This document shows positions 52,192 through 64,000 of a DNA stretch of 64,000 nt, piece by piece. The position numbers and the translations under genes are program-made. Source of the DNA: Eledone cirrhosa (Eukaryota); contig OZ024754.1 in NCBI GenBank assembly GCA_964016885.1, positions 30,380,001-30,444,000 on the forward strand. Reading direction: 5' to 3'. A model generated the notes under the pieces. The model ran no database searches. It was not told the origin of the DNA and worked only from the letters and a program-made list of their open reading frames with translations. Each line of letters opens with the position of its first letter. Within the stretch, counting starts at the first letter, position 1.

Positions 52192-55100
52192 ATCATCATC
52201 ATCATCATCATCATCGTTTAACGTCTATCTTCCATGCTAGCATGGGTTTAGACGGGATTTGTCCCACGTGAGGCAAGATTGGTTGTCTTGCTCGTTTTCT
52301 ACGGCTGGATGCCCTTTCTAACACCAACAACGTTTACAGTGTGAACTGTGAGGTTTTTACCATGTTACCTACACGGCCACATTACAGTGTGGACTATGTT
52401 TTTTTTGTCGTGACACCTACACGACCTCATTTCTTTAGGACTGGATGTTGTGGCACCAACATAACTTTAGGTGTAGATGGGGGTGGGGGTAAGGGTAGTG
52501 GAGTAGGGATGTACTTTTGGTTAGGAGGTGCCTACTGACTGTAGGTTTCGCTTTGTACTTAGGCAAGGCGGGTCTTCTGTATTACTGCGTAGCACCAAAG
52601 ATCTTGGTCCAGTGACATTGTCTTGGAGAGGTGTAAGTGTGTGAGGTCAGAATTTATCAGCTCGTCCCAGGTTTTTCTGGGTCTGCCTACTCTGTAGCTA
52701 CCGTCTATCTTTATTGCCCTGCACTTTGTTATACAGCTGTCGTCTTTCATGCACATCACGTGACCATACCAACATAGCCTTCTCTCGAGTAAACAGCATC
52801 TGATCCCTCTTATTCCTAATTTCTCACTTAGTTCATTTATGCATTGCCGTTCACGTATATTACTATTACACATCCAACGGAGCATGCAAGCTTCGTTCCT
52901 CTCCAGTCTGCGCAGATCCTCTGCACACAATGCCCATGTCTCACTGCCATGTAACATTGCTGTTCGTATGCAGGCATCATACAATCTGCCTTTCATTTTT
53001 AGGGAGAAACCTTTAGTGGCCAATAGTGGTATAAGCTCTCTGAACTTTTTCCATCCCGTTCTGACTCTAGGTACTGTACTTTCAGAGCACCCACAACCAC
53101 TGCTGATTTTGTTACCCAGGTAACGGAAGGTGTCTACTATTTCTATAGAACCATCTGGGCAATGGAAGGAGCTAGTATCCAGCGGGCACTTGATACTACT
53201 CATTGCACCTGAGCACTCGCCACATATAAAATCTATGTTCTTGGTTAGTTTACCTGTGATCCCACTACATCTTTTATGCACCCATACTTTGCATTTGGGA
53301 CATAAAATGGAGTTTCTGCCTACTCCTTTCCTACACACTGAGCATGGCCATTTCCCAGAGGGGACCAGTGCCCTATTTTCCTTCCTACATACTAGAACTT
53401 TTCGTCTTAGACAAGTTAATTTTAAGGCCTTTTGATTCTAGGTCATGCTTCCAAGTTTCAAATTTCTTCTCTAGTTCAGCCATTGATTCAGCTATGAGTG
53501 TTAGATCATTTGTGTATAGAAGTTCCCATGGGCAGCCGGTCTTGAACTCCTCTGTTATAGCCTGAAGGGCAATAATAAATAGGAGGAGGCTAAGGACAGA
53601 GTCCTGATGAACATCGACTTTTACGTTAAATTCATCACTATATTTGTTGTTAATTCTAACCTTGCTGAGTGTTTCTTTATACATGGCTTGTATAGCTCTC
53701 ATGAGCCATTCATCAATACCTAGTTTTCTAAGAGCCCACCAGATAATGGAGCGGGGGGACTCTGTCAAAGGCTTTCTCCAAGTCAACAAAAGCTAAGTAT
53801 AGGAGTTTACTTTTAGCTAGGTACTTCTGTAGTTGTCGTACAAGGAAAAGAGCGTCTGTGGTACTTTTACTTGACACAAACCCAAACTGCATTTTATCTA
53901 GATCAATTCGCTCTCTGATTAGTTGTGCTATAACTTTTTCTGTGACTTTCATGACCTGGTCAATTAATTTAATGCCTCTATAGTTTCCCCTGTCTAAGGC
54001 ATCTCCTTTATCCTTGTAGCAGTTAATGATGATGCTGCTATGCCAGTCATTTGGTATAACCCCATTCTGTATGACTTGGTTTACTATCCGAGTGACCATA
54101 GTGTGTCCCACCAATCCAGATGCTTTCAGCATTTCAGCAACTATTTCCGAAGGCCCGGCCGCCTTGCCCGTCTTGATGTCTTTGATCGCCTTACTTATTA
54201 TACTACCTTCAACTTGCACTGCTGGTCCCTCTATTGGGTCGATGTGGGGGAGACTGTCTTTCTCTCAATTATACTCCTCATTTAGTAACCTTTCGTAGTG
54301 ACACTTCCAAGCTTCCTTCTTATCAGCATCAGTGACGGCAAGTATACCATCATCATTATGTACACACTTCTCCCCGACAATATCACGATTTTCCTTGACA
54401 CATTGTCTAGCAATCCTGAACACCTCACGTTTTTGGTCCTCACGTTGTAGAACATGCTTGAACTTTCTTTCCTCTGCTTCCCTTCTTGCAAGGTACACTT
54501 GTCTCCTAGCTTCCCTCCTCACCATTTGATAGTGTTCTCTACTTCCCCCATCCCACCATACTTTCCTAGCTTGCTTCTTGGCCTAGATTGACTCCTCCAC
54601 CTTACTGTTCCACCACCATGTTACTCTCCTCCTGCCTATAGGTCTGCTCCAGTCACAGATTTCATCTGTCGCCTTCAGCAGGTTAACTTTCAGGAATTCT
54701 CACTGTTCCTCTATACTGTATGTCTCTAATTGCTCTTCCTTATTGTCAAAAGCATCGAGTAGTATCCTTTTAAATTTGTTACTGGTTGTGGGGTCCTTTA
54801 ACTTCCATATTCTTCTTCTCAGGGTAGTCCTCCTCTGTTGTTGAGTATGTCTCGTCCTGACTATGAAGTCACTAACTATGAGGCTACGTTGGGAGGTGCA
54901 TTCTTCATGTTGGGAGGGATTTAGTGTTTACTACCGACACTTTGTCATGTCTTCTGGTAAGGATATAATCTATCTGACTGGCTTGTTCCCCTGATCTATA
55001 GGTGATCAAGTGATTGTCTCATTTTTTGAAGTTTGTGTTGCAGATAGTTAGGTTATTTGAGTCGCAGAATTCCAGAATTCTGTAGCCTTCCTCATTTCTG

Positions 55101-55560
55101 ATACGAAACCCATAGCCTCCGTGGATTCCGTCATAGCCGTCACAATGTTGTCCAACATGACAATTTAGGTCGCCAGCAATAATTATGTAGTCACTGTTGG
55201 TTATTTGGGAGGTAGTGAGCATTAGCGACTCATAGAATCTGTCTTTTATAACGCCAAGCAGTCCAGATTGGGGTGCGTAAGCGGATATTATTGTCACAGT
55301 AGTTCTATTTAGGACAAGTCTTATTTCGATTATTCTGTCGTTCACTCTATTTATGTCAATTACCTTATCTACCCATTTTTCTGCTATCATAATTCCTACT
55401 CCACCCAGCCCATTTTCATTTCCTGCCCAGAAAAGTTTATAGCATCGTTTTTTACCACAATGAATCTAGCAGACCCACCCCTCCACCTAGCCTCTTGGAT
55501 GCAGCATGCATCAACTTCTTTACGTTCAAGCATCTCTACAACCTCGTTAGAGCGACCTTT
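52192..55560 (-). mobile_element. RTE family A, near full-length degraded copy
   Basis: Collinear with 15048-18567; multiple frameshifts and stops, YADD mutated to YTND. Confidence 0.9.
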
Positions 55561-55842
55561 TACGACAGGGATAAAGATTCGAAAAGTTCTAAAACTTTGA
55601 TGACCAACAGGTTCATTTTATACTTGCTAAGAGAGAGAGAGAGAAAGGGAGGCCTCCAGGCTTATAGACAATGCATTGGGGACACATATATATTATGCCT
55701 AGATAGCAGAACGTATGTGTAAAAAAACCACACCCGTACTGTGTATTACTTGTGACAGTATCTTGTTAGCTCAATGTACAAAAACAGAGCCATTATAGTA
55801 AGAGAAAACAAAGAGCGCTTATAATATCAATCAATTTTTATT

Positions 55843-55889
55843 CGCTGACAGTGTTTCATCCATACCATAGGGCAGGACTCATCAGAACG
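55843..55889 (-). ncRNA. Minimal type I hammerhead ribozyme motif with GUC triplet
   Basis: CGUU-CUGAUGA-GUCC UGCC cuau GGUA u GGAU-GAAA-CA C UG-UC/AGCG. Confidence 0.7.
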
Positions 55890-56004
55890 TTGAAAACAAA
55901 AATACATTAATGAAGATAAGCTCTACCGACCTACATCATAAGAGCAATAGATATATGGTACAGGATCATAGGATAATAGTGAGAATGGAGATGATATATA
56001 ATAA

Positions 56005-56195
56005 GGTTCCTGCTTGCAAGGGTTGGACGGGTCCTATTCAGCACAGCATCTCTCCACTTGTCACGGTCCTTCATCATTTCCTCGATGATATTTACCAAAA
56101 AGAAGAACAAGTCAACATCATTGGATACCATCAGGGTTGCAGGTGTTATATCAGAGTTTTCCTTCTCCTAGAATTCTGCCTTGACAAAGGCTAAG
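56005..56195 (-). mobile_element. Chimera: RTE family B-like 5' UTR joined to an RTE family C 3' end
   Basis: 56085-56190 is the reverse complement of 35395-35500; 56005-56084 encodes EEMMKDRDKWRDAVLNRTRPTLASR. Confidence 0.65.
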
Positions 56196-56234
56196 GGGTA
56201 ATCTCTCTCTATATATATACATATATATATATAT

Positions 56235-56277
<43 letters not shown>

Positions 56278-56814
56278 TACGTGAGTGCGTGTGTGTTACT
56301 GAAAGAAGTAAAAGAAAAAAAGAATACACACACACACACATATATACATCTATGTGTGTGTGTAAACTGGAAGCTGTGACAAGGAAAGAATTAGAAAGTA
56401 ACCATGTTGAATTACTCTGTAAATATCACGTTATATGAAGTTATAGGTTGTCTGCACTTGAAGTTACCATGATTTTATTGATTGCAACTTATCAATCTCT
56501 CTTTCTTGCTGAAACACACAGAGAAAAAAAAAATTGGATAAAATAAAAGCAATGAATAAAGAGGAGAAAAAATTCAAATAAAAAATCTGCTCTTAATACA
56601 GTGTTCAACTAGAATATCATTTGGCTTTCTAGAGCAGTGTGATTTCTTCTTGGTCGGCCATGTTGTATTTGTCTATGCCTCAATGGAAGCAACAGATAGA
56701 AAGAGAAGAAGAAGAAAAGAGTAAAAGAATTATTCAAACATCAAACAATACAAAACCTTTTTCAAAACGAATTAATGGAAGTGATGAGAATAATAATAGT
56801 TTAGCCGAGAGAAA

Positions 56815-57232
56815 TAGCAAACAAGCTAGCAACCAAGACAGCCTGCATGCTGCCAAGACAGCTTGCTAGCAACCAAGGCAGCTTGCAACCAACCAAGGCA
56901 GCCTGTAAGAAAACAAGGTAGTTTACAAGCAACCAAGGCAACTTATAAGCAAACAAGGCAGCCTGCTAGCAACCAGGGCAGCCTTCAAGAAAACCAAGGC
57001 CGTTTGCAAGCAACCAGAGCAGTCTGCAAGAAACCAAGGCCATTTGCAAACAACCAAAGCAGCCTGCAAGCAACCAAGGCATCTTACAGGCAACCAAAGC
57101 AGCCCACAAACAACCAGGGCAACCCAAAAGCAAACCAAGGCAACTAGGGCAGCCCACAAGAAAACCAAAGAAGTCTGCAAATAATCGAGGCAGCCTGCAT
57201 GCAGCCAAAGCAGCCTGCTAGCATACCAAGCA
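56815..57232. repeat. 21-bp degenerate minisatellite (GCAAGCAACCAAGGCAGCCT-like)
   Basis: Direct inspection. Confidence 0.8.
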
Positions 57233-57856
57233 AGAAAACCATCTAAAAATGAAAAAAAAAAAAATTGATTTTTTTAAGTATACATTTTTGTATGTTTTTA
57301 TTTTTCATTTTATTTTTAGATATTCTTTCTCAAAAATTAATTTTAATTTTAATTTTTCATTTTATTTTATCAGTCTTTTGTCTTCTGTTTTTTTTCATTG
57401 TTAGACCTGAAGGAAAAAAACGAAAATGAAAACAATTTACTACGTATTCTTGATAAATGCTTGCTACATATGTATGTGTATGTGCGTGTAGGTGTGTGAA
57501 TGTTTATGTACGTGTGAATATATATGTATATATATGTGTGTGAGTGTGTGTATGTATGTGTATTTATATTTATGTATGTGTGCATACATATGTATATGTA
57601 TGAGTTTGTGAGTGTGCATATGTATGTGTGTGCATATATATATAATATGTAGATTCCTGATTTGTATCAGAGGGTAACAGCAATTAAAAAAGGTACTCAT
57701 TACATTGGTAGAGTATAGACATCTTTATTATGTATAGAAATATATATATAAAACAGTTCTAGAGACCTGTGAAGTCATATATATATATATATCATCGTTT
57801 TTACATCTGTTTTTCCATGCTTGAATGGATTGGACCGGTCCTTCACATCATCTCTG

Positions 57857-60800
57857 CACTTGCTTGCATGGGTTGGACAGGTCCTTCTCAGCACAGTATC
57901 TCTACACTTGCTTGCATGGGTTGGACAGGTCCTTCTCAGCACAGTATCTCTACACTTGCTTGCATGGGTTGGACAGGTCCTTCTCAGCACAGTATCTCTC
58001 CACTTGCTTGCATGGGTTGGACACGTCCTTCTCAGCACAGCATCTCTGCACTTGCTTGCATGGGTTGGACAGGTCCTTCTCAGCACAGCATCTCTGCACT
58101 TGCTTGCATGGGTTGGACACGTCCTTCTCAGCACAGCATCTCTACACTTGCTTGCATGGGTTGGACACGTCCTTCTCAGCACAGCATCTCTGCACTTGCT
58201 TGCATGGGTTGGACACGTCCTTCTCAGCACAGCATCTCTGCACTTGCTTGCATGGGTTGGACACGTCCTTCTCAGCACAGCATCTCTGCACTTGCTTGCA
58301 TGGGTTGGACACATCCTTCTCAGCACAGCATCTCTGCACTTGCTTGCATGGGTTGGACACGTCCTTCTCAGCACAGCATCTCTGCACTTGCTTGCATGGG
58401 TTGGACACGTCCTTCTCAGCACAGCATCTCTGCACTTGCTTGCATGGGTTGGACAGGTCCTTCTCAGCACAGTATCTCTGCACTTGCTTGCATGGGTTGG
58501 ACAGGTCCTTCTCAGCACAGCATCTCTACACTTGCTTGCATGGGTTGGACACGTCCTTCTCAGCACAGTATCTCTACACTTGCTTGCATGGGTTGGACAC
58601 GTCCTTCTCAGCACAGCATCTCTGCACTTGCTTGCATGGGTTGGACACGTCCTTCTCAGCACAGTATCTCTACACTTGCTTGCATGGGTTGGACAGGTCC
58701 TTCTCAGCACAGTATCTCTCCACTTGCTTGCATGGGTTGGACAGGTCCTTCTCAGCACAGCATCTCTGCACTTGCTTGCATGGGTTGGACAGGTCCTTCT
58801 CAGCACAGTATCTCTCCACTTGCTTGCATGGGTTGGACACGTCCTTCTCAGCACAGTATCTCTACACTTGCTTGCATGGGTTGGACAGGTCCTTCTCAGC
58901 ACAGCATCTCTGCACTTGCTTGCATGGGTTGGAGAGGTCCTTCTCAGCACAGTATCTCTCCACTTGCTTGCATGGGTTGGACACGTCCTTCTCAGCACAG
59001 CATCTCTGCACTTGCTTGCATGGGTTGGACACGTCCTTCTCAGCACAGCATCTCTACACTTGCTTGCATGGGTTGGACACGTCCTTCTCAGCACAGTATC
59101 TCTACACTTGCTTGCATGGGTTGGACACGTCCTTCTCAGCACAGCATCTCTACATTTGCTTGCATGGGTTGGACACGTCCTTCTCAGCACAGCATCTCTA
59201 CACTTGCTTGCATGGGTTGGACACGTCCTTCTCAGCACAGCATCTCTGCACTTGCTTGCATGGGTTGGACACGTCCTTCACAGCACAGTATCTCTCCACT
59301 TGCTTGCATGGGTTGGACACGTCCTTCTCAGCACAGCATCTCTGCACTTGCTTGCATGGGTTGGACACGTCCTTCTCAGCACAGCATCTCTGCACTTGCT
59401 TGCATGGGTTGGACACGTCCTTCTCAGCACAGCATATCTGCACTTGCTTGCATGGGTTGGACACGTCCTTCTCAGCACAGCATCTCTGCACTTGCTTGCA
59501 TGGGTTGGACAGGTCCTTCTCAGCACAGCATCTCTGCACTTGCTTGCATGGGTTGGACACGTCCTTCTCAGCACAGCATCTCTGCACTTGCTTGCATGGG
59601 TTGGACAGGTCCTTCTCAGCACAGTATCTCTCCACTTGCTTGCATGGGTTGGACACGTCCTTCTCAGCACAGCATCTCTCCACTTGCTTGCATGGGTTGG
59701 ACACGTCCTTCTCAGCACAGTATCTCTACACTTGCTTGCATGGGTTGGACACGTCCTTCTCAGCACAGCATCTCTCCACTTGCTTGCATGGGTTGGACAG
59801 GTCCTTCTCAGCACAGCATCTCTGCACTTGCTTGCATCGGTTGGACAGGTCCTTCTCAGCACAGTATCTCTCCACTTGCTTGCATGGGTTGGACACGTCC
59901 TTCTCAGCACAGCATCTCTCCACTTGCTTGCATGGGTTGGACACGTCCTTCTCAGCACAGTATCTCTCCACTTGCTTGCATGGGTTGGACACGTCCTTCT
60001 CAGCACAGCATCTCTGCACTTGCTTGCATGGGTTGGACAGGTCCTTCTCAGCACAGTATCTCTCCACTTGCTTGCATGGGTTGGACACGTCCTTCTCAGC
60101 ACAGCATCTCTGCACTTGCTTGCATGGGTTGGACACGTCCTTCTCAGCACAGCATCTCTGCACTTGCTTGCATGGGTTGGACAGGTCCTTCTCAGCACAG
60201 CATCTCTGCACTTGCTTGCATGGGTTGGACACGTCCTTCTCAGCACAGCATATCTGCACTTGCTTGCATGGGTTGGACACGTCCTTCTCAGCACAGCATC
60301 TCTGCACTTGCTTGCATGGGTTGGACAGGTCCTTCTCAGCACAGTATCTCTACACTTGCTTGCATGGGTTGGACACGTCCTTCTCAGCACAGCATATCTG
60401 CACTTGCTTGCATGGGTTGGACACGTCCTTCTCAGCACAGCATATCTGCACTTGCTTGCATGGGTTGGACACGTCCTTCTCAGCACAGCATATCTGCACT
60501 TGCTTGCATGGGTTGGACACGTCCTTCTCAGCACAGCATATCTGCACTTGCTTGCATGGGTTGGACACGTCCTTCTCAGCACAGCATATCTGCACTTGCT
60601 TGCATGGGTTGGACACGTCCTTCTCAGCACAGCATATCTGCACTTGCTTGCATGGGTTGGACACGTCCTTCTCAGCACAGCATATCTGCACTTGCTTGCA
60701 TGGGTTGGACACGTCCTTCTTAGCACAGCATCTCTGCACTTGCTTGCATGGGTTGGACACGTCCTTCTCAGCACAGCATATCTGCACTTGCTTGCATGGG

Positions 60801-63800
60801 TTGGACACGTCCTTCTCAGCACAGCATATCTGCACTTGCTTGCATGGGTTGGACACGTCCTTCTCAGCACAGCATATCTGCACTTGCTTGCATGGGTTGG
60901 ACACGTCCTTCTCAGCACAGCATCTCTGCACTTGCTTGCATGGGTTGGACACGTCCTTCTCAGCACAGCATCTCTGCACTTGCTTGCATGGGTTGGACAC
61001 GTCCTTCACAGCACAGTATCTCTCCACTTGCTTGCATGGGTTGGACAGGTCCTTCTCAGCACAGCATCTCTACACTTGCTTGCATGGGTTGGACACGTCC
61101 TTCTCAGCACAGCATCTCTGCACTTGCTTGCATGGGTTGGACACGTCCTTCTCAGCACAGCATCTCTGCACTTGCTTGCATGGGTTGGACACGTCCTTCA
61201 CAGCACAGTATCTCTCCACTTGCTTGCATGGGTTGGACAGGTCCTTCTCAGCACAGCATCTCTGCACTTGCTTGCATGGGTTGGACACGTCCTTCTCAGC
61301 ACAGCATCTCTGCACTTGCTTGCATGGGTTGGACCGGTCCTTCTCAGCACAGTATCTCTCCACTTGCTTGCATGGGTTGGACCGGTCCTTCTCAGCACAG
61401 TATCTCTCCACTTGCTTGCATGGGTTGGACAGGTCCTTCTCAGCACAGCATCTCTGCACTTGCTTGCATGGGTTGGACACGTCCTTCACAGCACAGTATC
61501 TCTGCACTTGCTTGCATGGGTTGGACAGGTCCTTCTCAGCACAGCATCTCTGCACTTGCTTGCATGGGTTGGACAGGTCCTTCTCAGCACAGTATCTCTG
61601 CACTTGCTTGCATGGGTTGGACAGGTCCTTCTCAGCACAGCATCTCTGCACTTGCTTGCATGGGTTGGACAGGTCCTTCTCAGCACAGCATCTCTGCACT
61701 TGCTTGCATGGGTTGGACACGTCCTTCTCAGCACAGTATCTCTCCACTTGCTTGCATGGGTTGGACAGGTCCTTCTCAGCACAGCATCTCTGCACTTGCT
61801 TGCATGGGTTGGACACGTCCTTCTCAGCACAGCATCTCTGCACTTGCTTGCATGGGTTGGACCGGTCCTTCTCAGCACAGTATCTCTCCACTTGCTTGCA
61901 TGGGTTGGACCGGTCCTTCTCAGCACAGTATCTCTCCACTTGCTTGCATGGGTTGGACAGGTCCTTCTCAGCACAGCATATCTGCACTTGCTTGCATGGG
62001 TTGGACACGTCCTTCTCAGCACAGCATATCTGCACTTGCTTGCATGGGTTGGACAGGTCTTTCTCAGCACAGCATCTCTACACTTGCTTGCATGGGTTGG
62101 ACACGTCCTTCACAGCACAGTATCTCTCCACTTGCTTGCATGGGTTGGACAGGTCCTTCTCAGCACAGCATCTCTACACTTGCTTGCATGGGTTGGACAC
62201 GTCCTTCTCAGCACAGCATCTCTGCACTTGCTTGCATGGGTTGGACACGTCCTTCTCAGCACAGCATCTCTGCACTTGCTTGCATGGGTTGGACACGTCC
62301 TTCACAGCACAGTATCTCTCCACTTGCTTGCATGGGTTGGACAGGTCCTTCTCAGCACAGCATCTCTGCACTTGCTTGCATGGGTTGGACACGTCCTTCT
62401 CAGCACAGCATCTCTGCACTTGCTTGCATGGGTTGGACCGGTCCTTCTCAGCACAGTATCTCTCCACTTGCTTGCATGGGTTGGACCGGTCCTTCTCAGC
62501 ACAGTATCTCTCCACTTGCTTGCATGGGTTGGACAGGTCCTTCTCAGCACAGCATCTCTGCACTTGCTTGCATGGGTTGGACACGTCCTTCACAGCACAG
62601 TATCTCTGCACTTGCTTGCATGGGTTGGACAGGTCCTTCTCAGCACAGCATCTCTGCACTTGCTTGCATGGGTTGGACAGGTCCTTCTCAGCACAGTATC
62701 TCTGCACTTGCTTGCATGGGTTGGACAGGTCCTTCTCAGCACAGCATCTCTGCACTTGCTTGCATGGGTTGGACACGTCCTTCTCAGCACAGCATCTCTG
62801 CACTTGCTTGCATGGGTTGGACACGTCCTTCTCAGCACAGTATCTCTCCACTTGCTTGCATGGGTTGGACAGGTCCTTCTCAGCACAGCATCTCTGCACT
62901 TGCTTGCATGGGTTGGACACGTCCTTCTCAGCACAGCATCTCTGCACTTGCTTGCATGGGTTGGACCGGTCCTTCTCAGCACAGTATCTCTCCACTTGCT
63001 TGCATGGGTTGGACCGGTCCTTCTCAGCACAGTATCTCTCCACTTGCTTGCATGGGTTGGACAGGTCCTTCTCAGCACAGCATCTCTGCACTTGCTTGCA
63101 TGGGTTGGACAGGTCCTTCTCAGCACAGCATCTCTACACTTGCTTGCATGGGTTGGACACGTCCTTCACAGCACAGTATCTCTCCACTTGCTTGCATGGG
63201 TTGGACAGGTCCTTCTCAGCACAGCATATCTACACTTGCTTGCATGGGTTGGACACGTCCTTCTCAGCACAGTATCTCTACACTTGCTTGCATGGGTTGG
63301 ACACGTCCTTCTCAGCACAGTATCTCTACACTTGCTTGCATGGGTTGGACACGTCCTTCTCAGCACAGCATCTCTCCACTTGCTTGCATGGGTTGGACAC
63401 GTCCTTCTCAGCACAGCATCTCTCCACTTGCTTGCATGGGTTGGACACGTCCTTCTCAGCACAGCATCTCTACACTTGCTTGCATGGGTTGGACACGTCC
63501 TTCTCAGCACAGCATCTCTGCACTTGCTTGCATGGGTTGGACACGTCCTTCACAGCACAGTATCTCTCCACTTGCTTGCATGGGTTGGACAGGTCCTTCT
63601 CAGCACAGTATCTCTACACTTGCTTGCATGGGTTGGACACGTCCTTCTCAGCACAGCATCTCTGCACTTGCTTGCATGGGTTGGACACGTCCTTCTCAGC
63701 ACAGCATCTCTGCACTTGCTTGCATGGGTTGGACACGTCCTTCTCAGCACAGCATCTCTGCACTTGCTTGCATGGGTTGGACACGTCCTTCTCAGCACAG

Positions 63801-64000
63801 CATCTCTGCACTTGCTTGCATGGGTTGGACAGGTCCTTCTCAGCACAGCATCTCTGCACTTGCTTGCATGGGTTGGACACGTCCTTCTCAGCACAGCATC
63901 TCTGCACTTGCTTGCATGGGTTGGACACGTCCTTCTCAGCACAGCATCTCTGCACTTGCTTGCATGGGTTGGACACATCCTTCTCAGCACAGCATCTCTG
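57857..64000. repeat. 48-bp satellite, ~128 copies, runs off the window end
   Basis: Unit CACTTGCTTGCATGGGTTGGACACGTCCTTCTCAGCACAGCATCTCTG with a few variable positions. Confidence 0.97.

Noticed and set aside
56639-57208. Gln/Ala-rich ORFs
   Set aside because: Derived from a 21-bp minisatellite
57769-63990. 984-aa and other long repetitive ORFs
   Set aside because: Consequence of a stop-free 48-bp (3n) monomer; open on both strands, and interrupted by a stop at 60721

Overview
AT-rich, repeat-dense animal DNA. The SINE/LINE repertoire suggests an invertebrate, possibly a cephalopod (inference only). No host protein-coding gene can be confidently supported. The window holds several RTE-clade LINE copies (one family with a PHD-like finger inserted inside the RT, another with three C-terminal C2H2 fingers), tRNA-derived SINEs, a non-autonomous Helitron, piggyBac-type MITEs, a hAT derivative, micro/minisatellites and a 48-bp satellite derived from a LINE 3' end. 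The main find is a tandem array of 12 near-identical 468-484 bp units (9097-14920). Each unit carries on the minus strand a minimal type I hammerhead ribozyme motif with a palindromic stem III and a long stem I extension, plus an octamer motif. This is the architecture of a non-LTR retrozyme (self-cleaving, circRNA-producing satellite). Several further, unrelated hammerhead motifs occur, some inside inverted repeats resembling Penelope-like element termini.
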